From UHGV virus genome UHGV-0157893: a DNA stretch of 44,450 nt. One strand, given 5' to 3'. Source of the DNA: a virus. The number at the start of each line of letters is the position of its first letter. Position 1 is the stretch's first letter. Shown here in pieces: positions 27,919 to 36,179 of the stretch. Under the pieces are notes generated by a model, which saw nothing but the letters and a program-made list of their open reading frames with translations, ran no database searches and was not told the DNA's origin. Position numbers and translations under genes: made by a program.

Positions 27919-28119
27919 TTACTTATTCCCCATTCGCGCGTCGTGTTCCTCTTGCGCTCGCTTGTTCTCCTGTGATTTAAAGTAATAATTAACGGCAAAT
28001 GTGCCAATGGTTGATAGGATACCCACGAAGACGGCAACGTCATTTATGGTTATCGCACCGAAAAAAGCGGTTACGGTCCCAGTAACATAAGCGCACGCCG
28101 CCCGTATTCTGTCGAACAT
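27919..28119 (-). CDS. Holin (pinholin-like, two TM segments)
   Basis: ATG 28119 with GGAGGT RBS; 66 aa; two hydrophobic helices and charged C-terminus; directly upstream of SAR endolysin. Confidence 0.7.
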   Translation of the reverse strand: MFDRIRAACAYVTGTVTAFFGAITINDVAVFVGILSTIGTFAVNYYFKSQENKRAQEEHDARMGNK

Positions 28120-28140
28120 AGATTTACCTCCAACAAAGCA

Positions 28141-28164
28141 AAAACCCGGCACGGGGCCGGGTAG
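28141..28164 (-). terminator. Intrinsic terminator just upstream of holin (tR'-like position)
   Basis: Minus strand reads CCCGGC-cccgt-GCCGGG then TTTTTGCTTTG, 20 nt before the holin RBS. Confidence 0.6.
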
Positions 28165-28226
28165 TTACAGTTTCGCATTGTTAGGTAATATTTTAATCTG
28201 TTTGTTTTCGACCAACAAATACGGCT

Positions 28227-28454
28227 TTAACGATAAGGGCCAAGCAAACGAACAAGCCATTCTTTGTATTTGGCGGCGACGTGTTTAGGTGCAAAATATC
28301 CTTGCACTTCCTTACCGCCTCGCCACTCCCTTCTAAATTCGCACTCGTTTTGATACTCCTTTCCGCTTTTACTATCAAGCCAGCAAGCAGGCGAGTAACC
28401 TTTTTCACTTCCGAACCGATGCCATATTAATGACAGCAAAATCATTTCCTCCAT
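28227..28454 (-). CDS. Hypothetical protein
   Basis: ATG 28454; 75 aa; an alternative overlapping frame (28193..28408) cannot be excluded. Confidence 0.35.
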   Translation of the reverse strand: MEEMILLSLIWHRFGSEKGYSPACWLDSKSGKEYQNECEFRREWRGGKEVQGYFAPKHVAAKYKEWLVRLLGPYR

Positions 28455-28475
28455 ACCGCCCCCACAAATACGGCT

Positions 28476-28652
28476 TTACGCAGTTCTGTATATCAGTCCG
28501 TTATCAAGCAATGTTTGCATGTGTTCGCGATCCATGTCGCTTAATTCCCAATAAGGAACATCTTCATTCCTTATCATCACCTCTTCGCCTCTTACCAAAT
28601 AGGCGATGTCAAATACCTTATGCAAATAGATGCCATCTTCGATCTCGTTCAT
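28476..28652 (-). CDS. Hypothetical small protein (58 aa), paralog of upstream gene
   Basis: ATGA overlap with upstream stop; MNEIEDGIY... shares the IEDGIY start with 28649..28831. Confidence 0.45.
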   Translation of the reverse strand: MNEIEDGIYLHKVFDIAYLVRGEEVMIRNEDVPYWELSDMDREHMQTLLDNGLIYRTA

Positions 28653-28831
28653 AGGTCGCTAACCTTTACCAGTTCACCAGCATCAAGAAATATTTTAATT
28701 GTTTCTCGCGTCGTCTCAATGATTGGCTCTACCCACTCACCACAGCCAACGCGGATGCGAATATCATCACCTTCTACGCGGTAAAACAACCCGTCAACTA
28801 CTGTTGCCGCGTATATGCCATCTTCAATCAT
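28649..28831 (-). CDS. Hypothetical small protein (60 aa)
   Basis: ATG 28831 with AAGGAG RBS; MIEDGIYAATVVDGLFYRVEGDD... Confidence 0.5.
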   Translation of the reverse strand: MIEDGIYAATVVDGLFYRVEGDDIRIRVGCGEWVEPIIETTRETIKIFLDAGELVKVSDL

Positions 28832-29046
28832 TTCTTGCGCTCCTTAATGGCTCGCATGATGTTAATACGCATAGCGTCACTGAATGCGTATATCGTAATG
28901 AAAGGCCAGAAGACTAGCTCGAACCAAATAATGCCGTCACTATCAACAGCTTTCTGAAAAGCGCCCATTAAAATGACGCCAGCCAGGTAAATTATAACTA
29001 CCGCAATAATAAGACATTCAATCATAATCATCGTCCTCGTCTTCAT
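28828..29046 (-). CDS. Small membrane protein
   Basis: Track start is TTG 29067; in-frame ATGs at 29064, 29046, 29031; one long hydrophobic helix IMIECLIIAVVIIYLAGVILMGAF. Confidence 0.45.
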   Translation of the reverse strand: MKTRTMIMIECLIIAVVIIYLAGVILMGAFQKAVDSDGIIWFELVFWPFITIYAFSDAMRINIMRAIKERKK

Positions 29047-29278
29047 GTTCAGCCATGAACTCATCAACTACGCGGTAAGTCACTGGCGGGATATATTCAA
29101 AGTCATCCGTATCAAGATCAAGCGTCCTGCTGTCGCCGTCGTCGTCCAGCGTATTCATACCTAATTCACCGAAAGGGCCGTACCCAATGTGGCCCAGGTA
29201 TTCGCAACCAACCGTAAAGCCAGGATATTCACCTTTACACCGGATTTTGTAAGGTTTATTTGATGCGCTCAATTTCAA
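29018..29278 (-). CDS. Hypothetical highly acidic protein (start uncertain)
   Basis: Track start is TTG; only in-frame ATG is at 29158; C-terminus DDDGDSRTLDLDTDDFEYIPPVTYRVVDEFMAEHEDEDDDYD. Confidence 0.35.
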   Translation of the reverse strand: MKLSASNKPYKIRCKGEYPGFTVGCEYLGHIGYGPFGELGMNTLDDDGDSRTLDLDTDDFEYIPPVTYRVVDEFMAEHEDEDDDYD

Positions 29279-29579
29279 CCCCTCCGTTTTCTCCTTCAGT
29301 CATTTTGTATTCCGCCACCAGTTCAGCCCCAATCAATTCCACTTCATCACCAGGGAATGGATTAAGTTTCAATGATACTAAGATAAAAAATTTAACGTGA
29401 TCTGCATTATCAAGATCTTTCACGTCAAAAGGAGGTTCAGATACGTGGTAGCATTTGACGCCAGCTTCGTCATCAGTGGCTACACGGAAACATACGCCAG
29501 GTTGTCCGGCGTACTGTCCCAATCTTTCTTCGTTCGGTAAAGTACCACGAAAAACTTTAACACTGGCAAATTTAGACAT
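29256..29579 (-). CDS. Hypothetical protein
   Basis: ATG 29579 with AAGGAG RBS; 107 aa. Confidence 0.5.
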   Translation of the reverse strand: MSKFASVKVFRGTLPNEERLGQYAGQPGVCFRVATDDEAGVKCYHVSEPPFDVKDLDNADHVKFFILVSLKLNPFPGDEVELIGAELVAEYKMTEGENGGVEIERIK

Positions 29580-29602
29580 TTGTTATTCTCCTTCGTAAGA
29601 AA

Positions 29603-29932
29603 TTAAAATTCAGCACCAGGTAAGCTACGCGCTTTATTCACCGCATCGTGTTTTAACGATAAACCAGCGCGATAATTCATAATACCCATATTGCCAACAG
29701 GTATTTCATTATTTTCTGCCTTTATTCTGAACAACTGGTTTTTAGTGAAGATCCTGTCACCATCAGTGATGTATAACCAGTCTCCACGCTTACCAACTAC
29801 AACATGAGATCGGCCTAAACTGTCTTTAAATTCATAATTGCAGAAAACATCACCTTTAGGCACTTCAACAAAACAGCACGCTATGAACTTATCACTTTTC
29901 ATAATTGCAACCTTCTGGTTTGATTTGGCCAT
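29603..29932 (-). CDS. Hypothetical protein
   Basis: Track start TTG 29995; ATG at 29932 with AGGGG RBS (alternative ATG 29902). Confidence 0.45.
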   Translation of the reverse strand: MAKSNQKVAIMKSDKFIACCFVEVPKGDVFCNYEFKDSLGRSHVVVGKRGDWLYITDGDRIFTKNQLFRIKAENNEIPVGNMGIMNYRAGLSLKHDAVNKARSLPGAEF

Positions 29933-30182
29933 CCGGCCCCTAGTTTTATTCGTCTTTGTCTCCTTTAAATCCCAAACACTCCGCGTATTCGTCAATGCTT
30001 AATGCTTCTTCACCTGGTGCCAGCAATTCAAAGTAGCGGGCGTATAGTTCAAAAACCCATGCCGGATATTTAGCGTTAGCGTTCATCTTCTTACCTCCCA
30101 TTCGTCTTTCCGTGGCTTATATGTAACAAAATGGCACTGCCTAAACAATGCCATTTCGTAAACTTTGTGTGGTAGATCACAT

Positions 30183-30440
30183 TTATTCCGGTTTACTACC
30201 TTCGCGAGCATGAAGTACAGCGATCTCACGGAAATCATGCACGATGCGATAAATATACAAGCCAGAGGCGTTATTGATATGGCTTGCATAAGCAAAATAT
30301 AACTTACCATCATCGCCAGTTATAGCCATTGCACCATCACCACCAGGCGCACCGTAAATCTGAACCCCGCAATAAACCTTACCGTCTTTGAATTTGTCGA
30401 GATCGCGAGTCTGAATTACATTAAAATATAAATGTTCCAT
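30183..30440 (-). CDS. Hypothetical protein
   Basis: ATG 30440 with AAGGGG RBS; start overlaps upstream stop (TGATG). Confidence 0.5.
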   Translation of the reverse strand: MEHLYFNVIQTRDLDKFKDGKVYCGVQIYGAPGGDGAMAITGDDGKLYFAYASHINNASGLYIYRIVHDFREIAVLHAREGSKPE

Positions 30441-30691
30441 CAGAAAACCCCTTTATAGTCTACCGTGTATTTTGCCACCAATTTCCATTCACAATAGTTT
30501 TCCATGTCGCGCGGCTGCCATCCTTTCATGCCTACAGCGCTCCGCGCAGCGTGACGGCGGCAATTGTCGTTAAGGTCTACAACACACCACGGCTGAAGGA
30601 CAAACATGTACTGCGCCTCGTTAACCAGGATCGCCATCTGCTTTCCCGTTGCCTTATCTTTCGCCCGGAAATAACTTACCCTGATTTTCAT
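30440..30691 (-). CDS. Hypothetical protein
   Basis: ATG 30691 with GAGGT RBS; 83 aa. Confidence 0.5.
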   Translation of the reverse strand: MKIRVSYFRAKDKATGKQMAILVNEAQYMFVLQPWCVVDLNDNCRRHAARSAVGMKGWQPRDMENYCEWKLVAKYTVDYKGVF

Positions 30692-30902
30692 TTTGATATA
30701 CCTCTATCAACATTTCTTCTTCCAGGTTAGCCGGACGTTTACGAAATATCCCGGCAAAAACCAGATCGTCGAGTAGGTCTTTACGCTTAAATAACCACTC
30801 TTTCATTATCACCCCGTCGTCACTGCGATACACGACGCCGTTTTTAAGAAAATAAAAAGTGTTTATGTCTGTATGGAGGTATAGATCTTCGTAAACGTCC
30901 AT
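30654..30902 (-). CDS. Hypothetical protein
   Basis: ATG 30902, 4 nt after upstream stop (MDVYEDLYLHTD...). Confidence 0.45.
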   Translation of the reverse strand: MDVYEDLYLHTDINTFYFLKNGVVYRSDDGVIMKEWLFKRKDLLDDLVFAGIFRKRPANLEEEMLIEVYQNENQGKLFPGER

Positions 30903-30906
30903 GATG

Positions 30907-31134
30907 TTAACCCTCGACCACTTCCAGCCCGCGCCCCTTGTCGCCAACGAAGTCTCCCAGGCTGAACGTATACGACCATGCAGGATTAATGTAATGATCA
31001 TCAGCGCCAGCGGCAATTAGGTCAGCACCGTTAATCATGCAAGTGACATTATCACTATGAACGACGTCAACCACCTTACCAACAACCTGTTTCAATGACG
31101 GATAACCGTGATCGTGCAAGAATTTTACTTTCAT
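30907..31134 (-). CDS. Hypothetical protein
   Basis: ATG 31134 with GGGGGA RBS; TAATG overlap with upstream gene. Confidence 0.5.
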   Translation of the reverse strand: MKVKFLHDHGYPSLKQVVGKVVDVVHSDNVTCMINGADLIAAGADDHYINPAWSYTFSLGDFVGDKGRGLEVVEG

Positions 31135-31364
31135 TAATCTGTCCCCCAGCGCTCAATACTGATTAAAAAGTCCCGGATAGCGTGGCGCTCGTCGCGTGTT
31201 GGTTTGCGCTTCCGGTAAATTTTAAAATCGAACCATGCCTTTTCTTGCTCAAAATCCAGATCGTAAGCAAGCGCCTCAATGTAACCGCATTCGTGATACT
31301 GGTACGCCACGCCAGCACGAACAAAAAAGCGGGTTTTATCCCGCTTGTGTTCATAGATACGCAT
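31134..31364 (-). CDS. Hypothetical protein
   Basis: ATG 31364 with GGGGTGA RBS (longer alternative from 31409). Confidence 0.4.
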   Translation of the reverse strand: MRIYEHKRDKTRFFVRAGVAYQYHECGYIEALAYDLDFEQEKAWFDFKIYRKRKPTRDERHAIRDFLISIERWGTD

Positions 31365-31374
31365 ATTCACCCCA

Positions 31375-31605
31375 TTACGCAGTTGTGTAGCTGTCCACCA
31401 GCTTTTCATCTTTCATTCTGGCAAGCTGTGCGATGTTCATCGTGTAGCCGCCATCTGAGAAAAGCCATTCCGCAGCCTTGCGACGAAAAGCAATATCATC
31501 ATGGTTACGTGTCCATGTAGCGATCACAACGCGTTTCCCGTTAGTGGCGAACATAGACAATTCATTATCAACCACGTCAATAGCCTGCCAGATTTTTAGC
31601 TCCAT
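31375..31605 (-). CDS. Hypothetical protein
   Basis: ATG 31605 with GGGGA RBS; 76 aa. Confidence 0.5.
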   Translation of the reverse strand: MELKIWQAIDVVDNELSMFATNGKRVVIATWTRNHDDIAFRRKAAEWLFSDGGYTMNIAQLARMKDEKLVDSYTTA

Positions 31606-31961
31606 GATTTATCCCCGTAGATCTTGAATAGTTCACACGCTTCCTGATTTTCAAATATATTCATATGCAGGTCACGCAGGCGGCGCATTGTGCGGAATCG
31701 CGGCCTGAACTCCTGGCTACGTTTAATGTATTTGCCGCCAATTGAATAAATATGCCCGTATGAGTACCATCTATTACCTACCCATATTTCATATTCTTTG
31801 CCTTCGTAATTAAATTTTATCGTTAGCTTGCCAACCTCAACTATTAACCCTTTATCAATGATGTCATTAAGCATTTCGTCCCATTCTTTGAGGAATGGTT
31901 GTTGATAAAAACCAAAAAGAGTATTTACAGCGTGGCAAAGGTAATCAATGATTATTTGCAT
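31596..31961 (-). CDS. Hypothetical protein
   Basis: Track start GTG 31976; ATG 31961 immediately after upstream stop. Confidence 0.45.
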   Translation of the reverse strand: MQIIIDYLCHAVNTLFGFYQQPFLKEWDEMLNDIIDKGLIVEVGKLTIKFNYEGKEYEIWVGNRWYSYGHIYSIGGKYIKRSQEFRPRFRTMRRLRDLHMNIFENQEACELFKIYGDKSWS

Positions 31962-31962
31962 A

Positions 31963-32184
31963 TTAATTACACTCACTCATTATGTAGTAAACGTTATCGT
32001 AAGCTATATTATCAGCATCTTCCTGTGTTATATATCTGGCATCAAAAAAGAAATCAGCATCGTGCCATATATGAAAAATATATCTCGCAAATTGGCGGCG
32101 GTGGCGCTTGCTGCGTGGTAGTATGTCAAATTCCATTAACGCTTTATCATATGCTCTTATCATGCGCTTACGGTTACTTTTCAT
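31963..32184 (-). CDS. Hypothetical basic protein, tandem paralog A
   Basis: ATG 32184 with GGTGA RBS; MKSNRKRMIRAYDKAL...DNVYYIM; about 45% identical to the adjacent upstream gene. Confidence 0.55.
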   Translation of the reverse strand: MKSNRKRMIRAYDKALMEFDILPRSKRHRRQFARYIFHIWHDADFFFDARYITQEDADNIAYDNVYYIMSECN

Positions 32185-32188
32185 ATTG

Positions 32189-32404
32189 TCACCACATCAT
32201 ATAATAAACGTTATCGTTAGCCACTTCGTCGGCTTGTTCTTGTGTTAATAGCGGTGCGCTTTCCATAAAAGCATCAGAATAATGCCACTCATAAACAAGC
32301 ATACGCGCCCATTTGCGGCGCTGGCGTTTATTGTGTCGCAGATCATCAAAAGCCTTTAATGCTTTGTCGTACGCCCTTACAAGGCGCTTGCGGTTACTTT
32401 TCAT
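32189..32404 (-). CDS. Hypothetical basic protein, tandem paralog B
   Basis: ATG 32404 with GAGGTG RBS; MKSNRKRLVRAYDKAL...DNVYYMMW. Confidence 0.55.
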   Translation of the reverse strand: MKSNRKRLVRAYDKALKAFDDLRHNKRQRRKWARMLVYEWHYSDAFMESAPLLTQEQADEVANDNVYYMMW

Positions 32405-32705
32405 TTTCACCTCTCAACATCCAATTTCTGTCACATTTAATTGCGAATACCTTAACAGGATCAGGGCCGAATAATGGATGAGTGATAGTTTTTACTTCGT
32501 ACCCAAAATAAGGAAGGTTAATAATCCTGTGTTTTTCGTGGTTGGCAGGGTATCCCCATTTAATAATCAGGCGTTCATATTCCCGCCCTTCCAGACGTTT
32601 ACGCCAATAGTCATTATAAAGCCGGTATTCCTCCACCTTCTTTCCAGTCCATATGGCGTGGAAATATTCCCCTTTCAGATTCAAATGCAGGTCTTTACTT
32701 GCCAT
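32394..32705 (-). CDS. Putative ASCH-like domain protein
   Basis: ATG 32705; LHLNLKGEYFHAIWTGKKVEEYR resembles ASCH/DUF3850 N-terminal motif (from memory, not searched). Confidence 0.4.
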   Translation of the reverse strand: MASKDLHLNLKGEYFHAIWTGKKVEEYRLYNDYWRKRLEGREYERLIIKWGYPANHEKHRIINLPYFGYEVKTITHPLFGPDPVKVFAIKCDRNWMLRGENEK

Positions 32706-32964
32706 CGCTATGATCCTGTAAACAGTCGTTATAGCCTTCAATGTATCCGGTTAATCCGGTGTTACTCACTGACCATTCAGCCGAACGGCGCTTGATGGCT
32801 TCGTCCATCGTGATTTCGCCACCCGGCCCGCCAGGCTCAATATATTTTTTTAAATCCCTTGCTATCCACGCCCTCAATTGTTGTGTATCACGGCACAACC
32901 GCGCGGATAATGTCAGGTCATTAACCAGCTTTGCAAATAGATGTTCTTTTAGTTTAGGCTTCAT
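32695..32964 (-). CDS. Hypothetical protein
   Basis: ATG 32964/32967 with GGGGTGA RBS. Confidence 0.45.
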   Translation of the reverse strand: MKPKLKEHLFAKLVNDLTLSARLCRDTQQLRAWIARDLKKYIEPGGPGGEITMDEAIKRRSAEWSVSNTGLTGYIEGYNDCLQDHSDGK

Positions 32965-33154
32965 CATCGTCACCCCGCTTGTAAATTTTGACAGGCTTAA
33001 TAGGGATGGCTGGCAATTCGCCTTCATTTAACGCGCTTGCCATACCCAATATTAAACGCGCTTCCGCGCCAGTGACTTTCTTACACCATGCGCCGCCTGT
33101 TTTATCTTCAAATAAGATAACGGCAAACTGATCGTTTATTTCCAGCTTATCCAT
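32954..33154 (-). CDS. Hypothetical protein coupled to Q
   Basis: ATG 33154 with GGGGTGA RBS; TAATG overlap with Q stop. Confidence 0.5.
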   Translation of the reverse strand: MDKLEINDQFAVILFEDKTGGAWCKKVTGAEARLILGMASALNEGELPAIPIKPVKIYKRGDDDEA

Positions 33155-33876
33155 TATTCACCCCGTGTCACTCGTTTGATTTCACTTTCCGCGCGGCCCT
33201 CTTCTTTGAATAGCTCCGCTATGGCGTCTTCATAGAAAACCCGGTATTTTTTCCACCAGGTTGATCGGCTTACCGGAAAAACAAGCTGATTAACGGCCTG
33301 ACGCACAAGATCTACGGGGAAACGCGAGTACCCGCGCCCGCCGCAATGCTGGCACGTTTTGAACACTGGCATTTCCGCCGCTTCGCTGGCTGCTTTATCC
33401 GGTACTTCGCCACGGCCCTTGCATTGTTTACAATGATTGAGAACCTTCCCATGCCCCTTGCATTTTTTGCAAAGGTGTTTTTCTCCGTATTCGTCAAACG
33501 TAAATTTATATCCGCCGCACTCCATACAAGTTTTTTCCGTCGCGGCACTCTGGCAATAATCCCGAAACGCGAAAACGGCAACAAGAATAATGAGATCATT
33601 GCGTTTAGCCTCGTCCAGTTCCATAACGTATTCATAATCTTTTGCCATAGCCTTTAAACGCTCTATAAGCAAAACTACGGCCTTATGTTTTTCGGCTTGT
33701 GATAGTTCCATCTTTCCCAGAAAAGCGCTATAACCAAGCTCTACGCGCGATTGCGCCATACCAGCGGCAGTTAGCGCATCCGTAGTATTAAGCGCATCCG
33801 GGGACGTGCCCCGGCTTTCATCTGACAAACGCGGTGATTTTGGGAAGTGGAATTTAAGAATAGATTCCAAATTCAT
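33154..33876 (-). CDS. Q: Late gene antiterminator Q (phage 82 / phi80 type)
   Basis: ATG 33876 with GGGGGT RBS; N-terminus MNLESILKFHFPKSPRLSDESRG matches the remembered phage 82 Q start; multiple CxxC zinc-finger pairs. Confidence 0.8.
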   Translation of the reverse strand: MNLESILKFHFPKSPRLSDESRGTSPDALNTTDALTAAGMAQSRVELGYSAFLGKMELSQAEKHKAVVLLIERLKAMAKDYEYVMELDEAKRNDLIILVAVFAFRDYCQSAATEKTCMECGGYKFTFDEYGEKHLCKKCKGHGKVLNHCKQCKGRGEVPDKAASEAAEMPVFKTCQHCGGRGYSRFPVDLVRQAVNQLVFPVSRSTWWKKYRVFYEDAIAELFKEEGRAESEIKRVTRGE

Positions 33877-34058
33877 TATTTACCCCCGTAACGTGCAACC
33901 AGTCTTTTGCGATCAGATATTGATTGCACTAGCTTTCTTTCAAACTCTTTCAGTGCAAGTAATTCTCGCATGTGAAAAGCCTGAATTTGTCGGACTGTGG
34001 CTAAATCACGCTCGTCGCGCTGAATATCTATTTGCAGATCTTTAATTTCGTTTTTCAT
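33876..34058 (-). CDS. Hypothetical small coiled-coil protein
   Basis: ATG 34058 with GGTGG RBS (track start GTG 34070); between rusA and Q. Confidence 0.45.
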   Translation of the reverse strand: MKNEIKDLQIDIQRDERDLATVRQIQAFHMRELLALKEFERKLVQSISDRKRLVARYGGK

Positions 34059-34060
34059 TG

Positions 34061-34462
34061 TTACCACCACATATTAGTCAAGTATTCGTTAATATCCGGT
34101 AACAGGTCGCCGCGTTCGCGTACCTTGATAAACAATCGCCCTCTTTTTACCTTCCGGCAGCGGACAAATTTCATTGCGTCAACCTGGCTATCATCAGCCC
34201 AAAAACCGGAATAAGTTATAGCGTCAAATAATGCCTTCCCTACATTGTCAATATCGCGGCGTCTGTTATCTGGCGGTGCAATATACACCGTTATTGATAG
34301 CCTACACTTAAGATTAATTTTCAGATTAAGCAGTTTTATAATGTCTTTTACCTGCTCCCTGTATTCCTTACCTTCCTTGCTTATATAGTGGAAACCGCGC
34401 GAATGCCGGTAATATTTATTGTTCGATGGCGGGTAAGGCAGGCTAAAAGTATATTCATTCAT
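34061..34462 (-). CDS. rusA: Holliday junction resolvase RusA
   Basis: ATG 34462 (ATGA overlap with ninG stop); 133 aa; PPSNNKYY and DIDNVGKALFDA are RusA-type motifs. Confidence 0.8.
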   Translation of the reverse strand: MNEYTFSLPYPPSNNKYYRHSRGFHYISKEGKEYREQVKDIIKLLNLKINLKCRLSITVYIAPPDNRRRDIDNVGKALFDAITYSGFWADDSQVDAMKFVRCRKVKRGRLFIKVRERGDLLPDINEYLTNMWW

Positions 34463-35064
34463 GCTGCCTTTCTCCTTAAGGCGTCCAATTTAGCCTGATA
34501 GACTTTTATGATCTCCTTGCATTCTTCGATCGCCCATTTATGAGTTTCGTTGTTGTTCTCCAGCGCTTCCACCCTGGCAAGGCCAATTTTCCTAATCAGC
34601 GCTGGGCGATATGCTTCTATGTTGCCATCTAATGTCTGGTTGCAGTGCCTGCATTGTTTGTGGCAATTATCCTCGTTAAAACGAAGGTGCCCGGCGGCGG
34701 CAACCGTTCTATAGTGTCCGGCATCTGCTCCGCATTGTTCGTAATAGTAAGTCCCGCATGATATGCACGGCTGACCCGCGTCACGTTCGCGGATATAGGC
34801 ATTAAATACCGCTTGTGCCTGCTTCAACCAATAACTACGCGGATTTAACTGCTTCCGCTTCCGGTTGCGTTCTTCCCGCTGGCTATCACGGCGTTTCTTC
34901 CGTTCCATAGCCTTCATAGCCTTCTCACGGTCGCGGCATAGCTGATCAAACTTCAGCTCTTCCAGACACTCATCACTGCACCACGTTTGATTGTGATATT
35001 TAGGCTCAAAAAAAACGCCGCAGCACTTGCAACGGCGTCTTATTGGTTTTTTAGGGTTCTGCAT
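34459..35064 (-). CDS. ninG: NinG / Rap-like recombination protein
   Basis: ATG 35064 with GGGGTGG RBS; aligns by eye with lambda NinG (RRRCK, PRSYWLKQAQ, PCISCGT, DAGHYRT, RFNE.N.HKQC). Confidence 0.8.
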   Translation of the reverse strand: MQNPKKPIRRRCKCCGVFFEPKYHNQTWCSDECLEELKFDQLCRDREKAMKAMERKKRRDSQREERNRKRKQLNPRSYWLKQAQAVFNAYIRERDAGQPCISCGTYYYEQCGADAGHYRTVAAAGHLRFNEDNCHKQCRHCNQTLDGNIEAYRPALIRKIGLARVEALENNNETHKWAIEECKEIIKVYQAKLDALRRKAA

Positions 35065-35078
35065 AAAAACCACCCCTA

Positions 35079-35255
35079 TTATTTTTGATTCTCTGTTTCG
35101 TTCAGCCTTTCGGTGTGTCCGGCCCTTAGCCAATGATCTAAGCATTCGTTGCACTCGTTACAGCCTCCTTTCTTTGTGCTGCATACATTGCACATTGCAC
35201 GCATGACGCTTTCTCGTTCATAGTCGTCATGCCATTGGTAATTATCAAAAGACAT
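35079..35255 (-). CDS. ninF: NinF-like small Cys-rich protein
   Basis: ATG 35255 with AGGGAGGGAG RBS; 58 aa with CxxC...CxxC pattern; upstream of ninG. Confidence 0.5.
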   Translation of the reverse strand: MSFDNYQWHDDYERESVMRAMCNVCSTKKGGCNECNECLDHWLRAGHTERLNETENQK

Positions 35256-35376
35256 AATGCTCCCTCCCTTTAAGGTGATTTCTACGCATTTCAGCGCTGC
35301 CGGATTTTTAAAGAGCATTTCGTTTGCTTGAAGTATACAAAATGGATACACGTAAACAAGACGAAAAGCGCCATTA

Positions 35377-35392
35377 TGTGACCTGTATCACA
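35377..35392. promoter_or_regulatory. Perfect TGTGA-N6-TCACA palindrome (CRP-consensus-like) in 160-bp intergenic region
   Basis: tgtgacctgtatcaca at 35377-35392, flanked by inverted copies of the GTATACAAAATGG / CCATTTTGTAAAC motif. Confidence 0.4.
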
Positions 35393-35414
35393 CAATGACG
35401 CCATTTTGTAAACT

Positions 35415-36179
35415 TCAGTCCGGTAAAACGCGGTTGAGCGTAGTACGATTGATGGCCCGGTCGTTAGCCAGGAATACAGCACGGGCAAAGCCACGCGGCG
35501 TTAGTGAGCGGATCATCTTAGTGCGTTTCGACTTTCCTCCTAACTTAGCGTGCTGCTTACTGTCTTCCCATTCATCAGGCATTGGCACAGGCAGGAATAG
35601 CGGCTGATTAAATCCATTCCCGCACCAGATACAAGTTTTCTTCGTGTATGCGTCGCGGTCGGCGATGTATTCCGGGAAGGCAGGATGTTTGTCATCTTCA
35701 GGCAGGTAGCCACCGTAAGCGCACGGGTTGAAGATAAAATCCGGCTTACGCCATAACGTTGACAGTGCGCCAACCGGATTTTCCACCATCCACGGGACGT
35801 GATACATGTCAGCCAGCGTTTCTACCAGTTTTGCGTTATATGCCGCCTTCACCTGGAAGTCAGGATCTTTTTCACGCTTGCTGGCAAACCAACGAGCGCC
35901 GGACACGGCTAGATGGTCGCATGGCGGGAAGGCCAGAATAATGTCAGGATCTGGATAAACAGACAAATCAGGGGAGAACATCACCAGGAAATGGCTGTCA
36001 ATCCATACGTTAACGTATTCAATATTCGGATGAATGATTTTTACGCCTTCATAGTCGCCGTGGTTAGCGCCGTCATAGTTGAAGCAATAACACTTATAGC
36101 CAGCGTCAGCCCAATCTTTAACGGCGTACCCGCTGCCGTCGTACAGCGACCACACCACCCAATTTTTAAGCCCACTCAT
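35415..36179 (-). CDS. Putative DNA (cytosine-5) methyltransferase-like protein
   Basis: ATG 36179 with GAGGG RBS; SLYDGSGYA (motif I-like), FPPCDHLAVSGARW (PC motif IV-like), MVENPVGAL (ENV motif VI-like); short for a C5-MTase, so tentative. Confidence 0.4.
   Translation of the reverse strand: MSGLKNWVVWSLYDGSGYAVKDWADAGYKCYCFNYDGANHGDYEGVKIIHPNIEYVNVWIDSHFLVMFSPDLSVYPDPDIILAFPPCDHLAVSGARWFASKREKDPDFQVKAAYNAKLVETLADMYHVPWMVENPVGALSTLWRKPDFIFNPCAYGGYLPEDDKHPAFPEYIADRDAYTKKTCIWCGNGFNQPLFLPVPMPDEWEDSKQHAKLGGKSKRTKMIRSLTPRGFARAVFLANDRAINRTTLNRVLPD

Noticed and set aside
28193-28408. Alternative 71-aa frame overlapping 28227..28454
   Set aside because: Only one of the two overlapping frames can reasonably be real; chose the one with an ATG start next to a G-rich RBS, but with low confidence.
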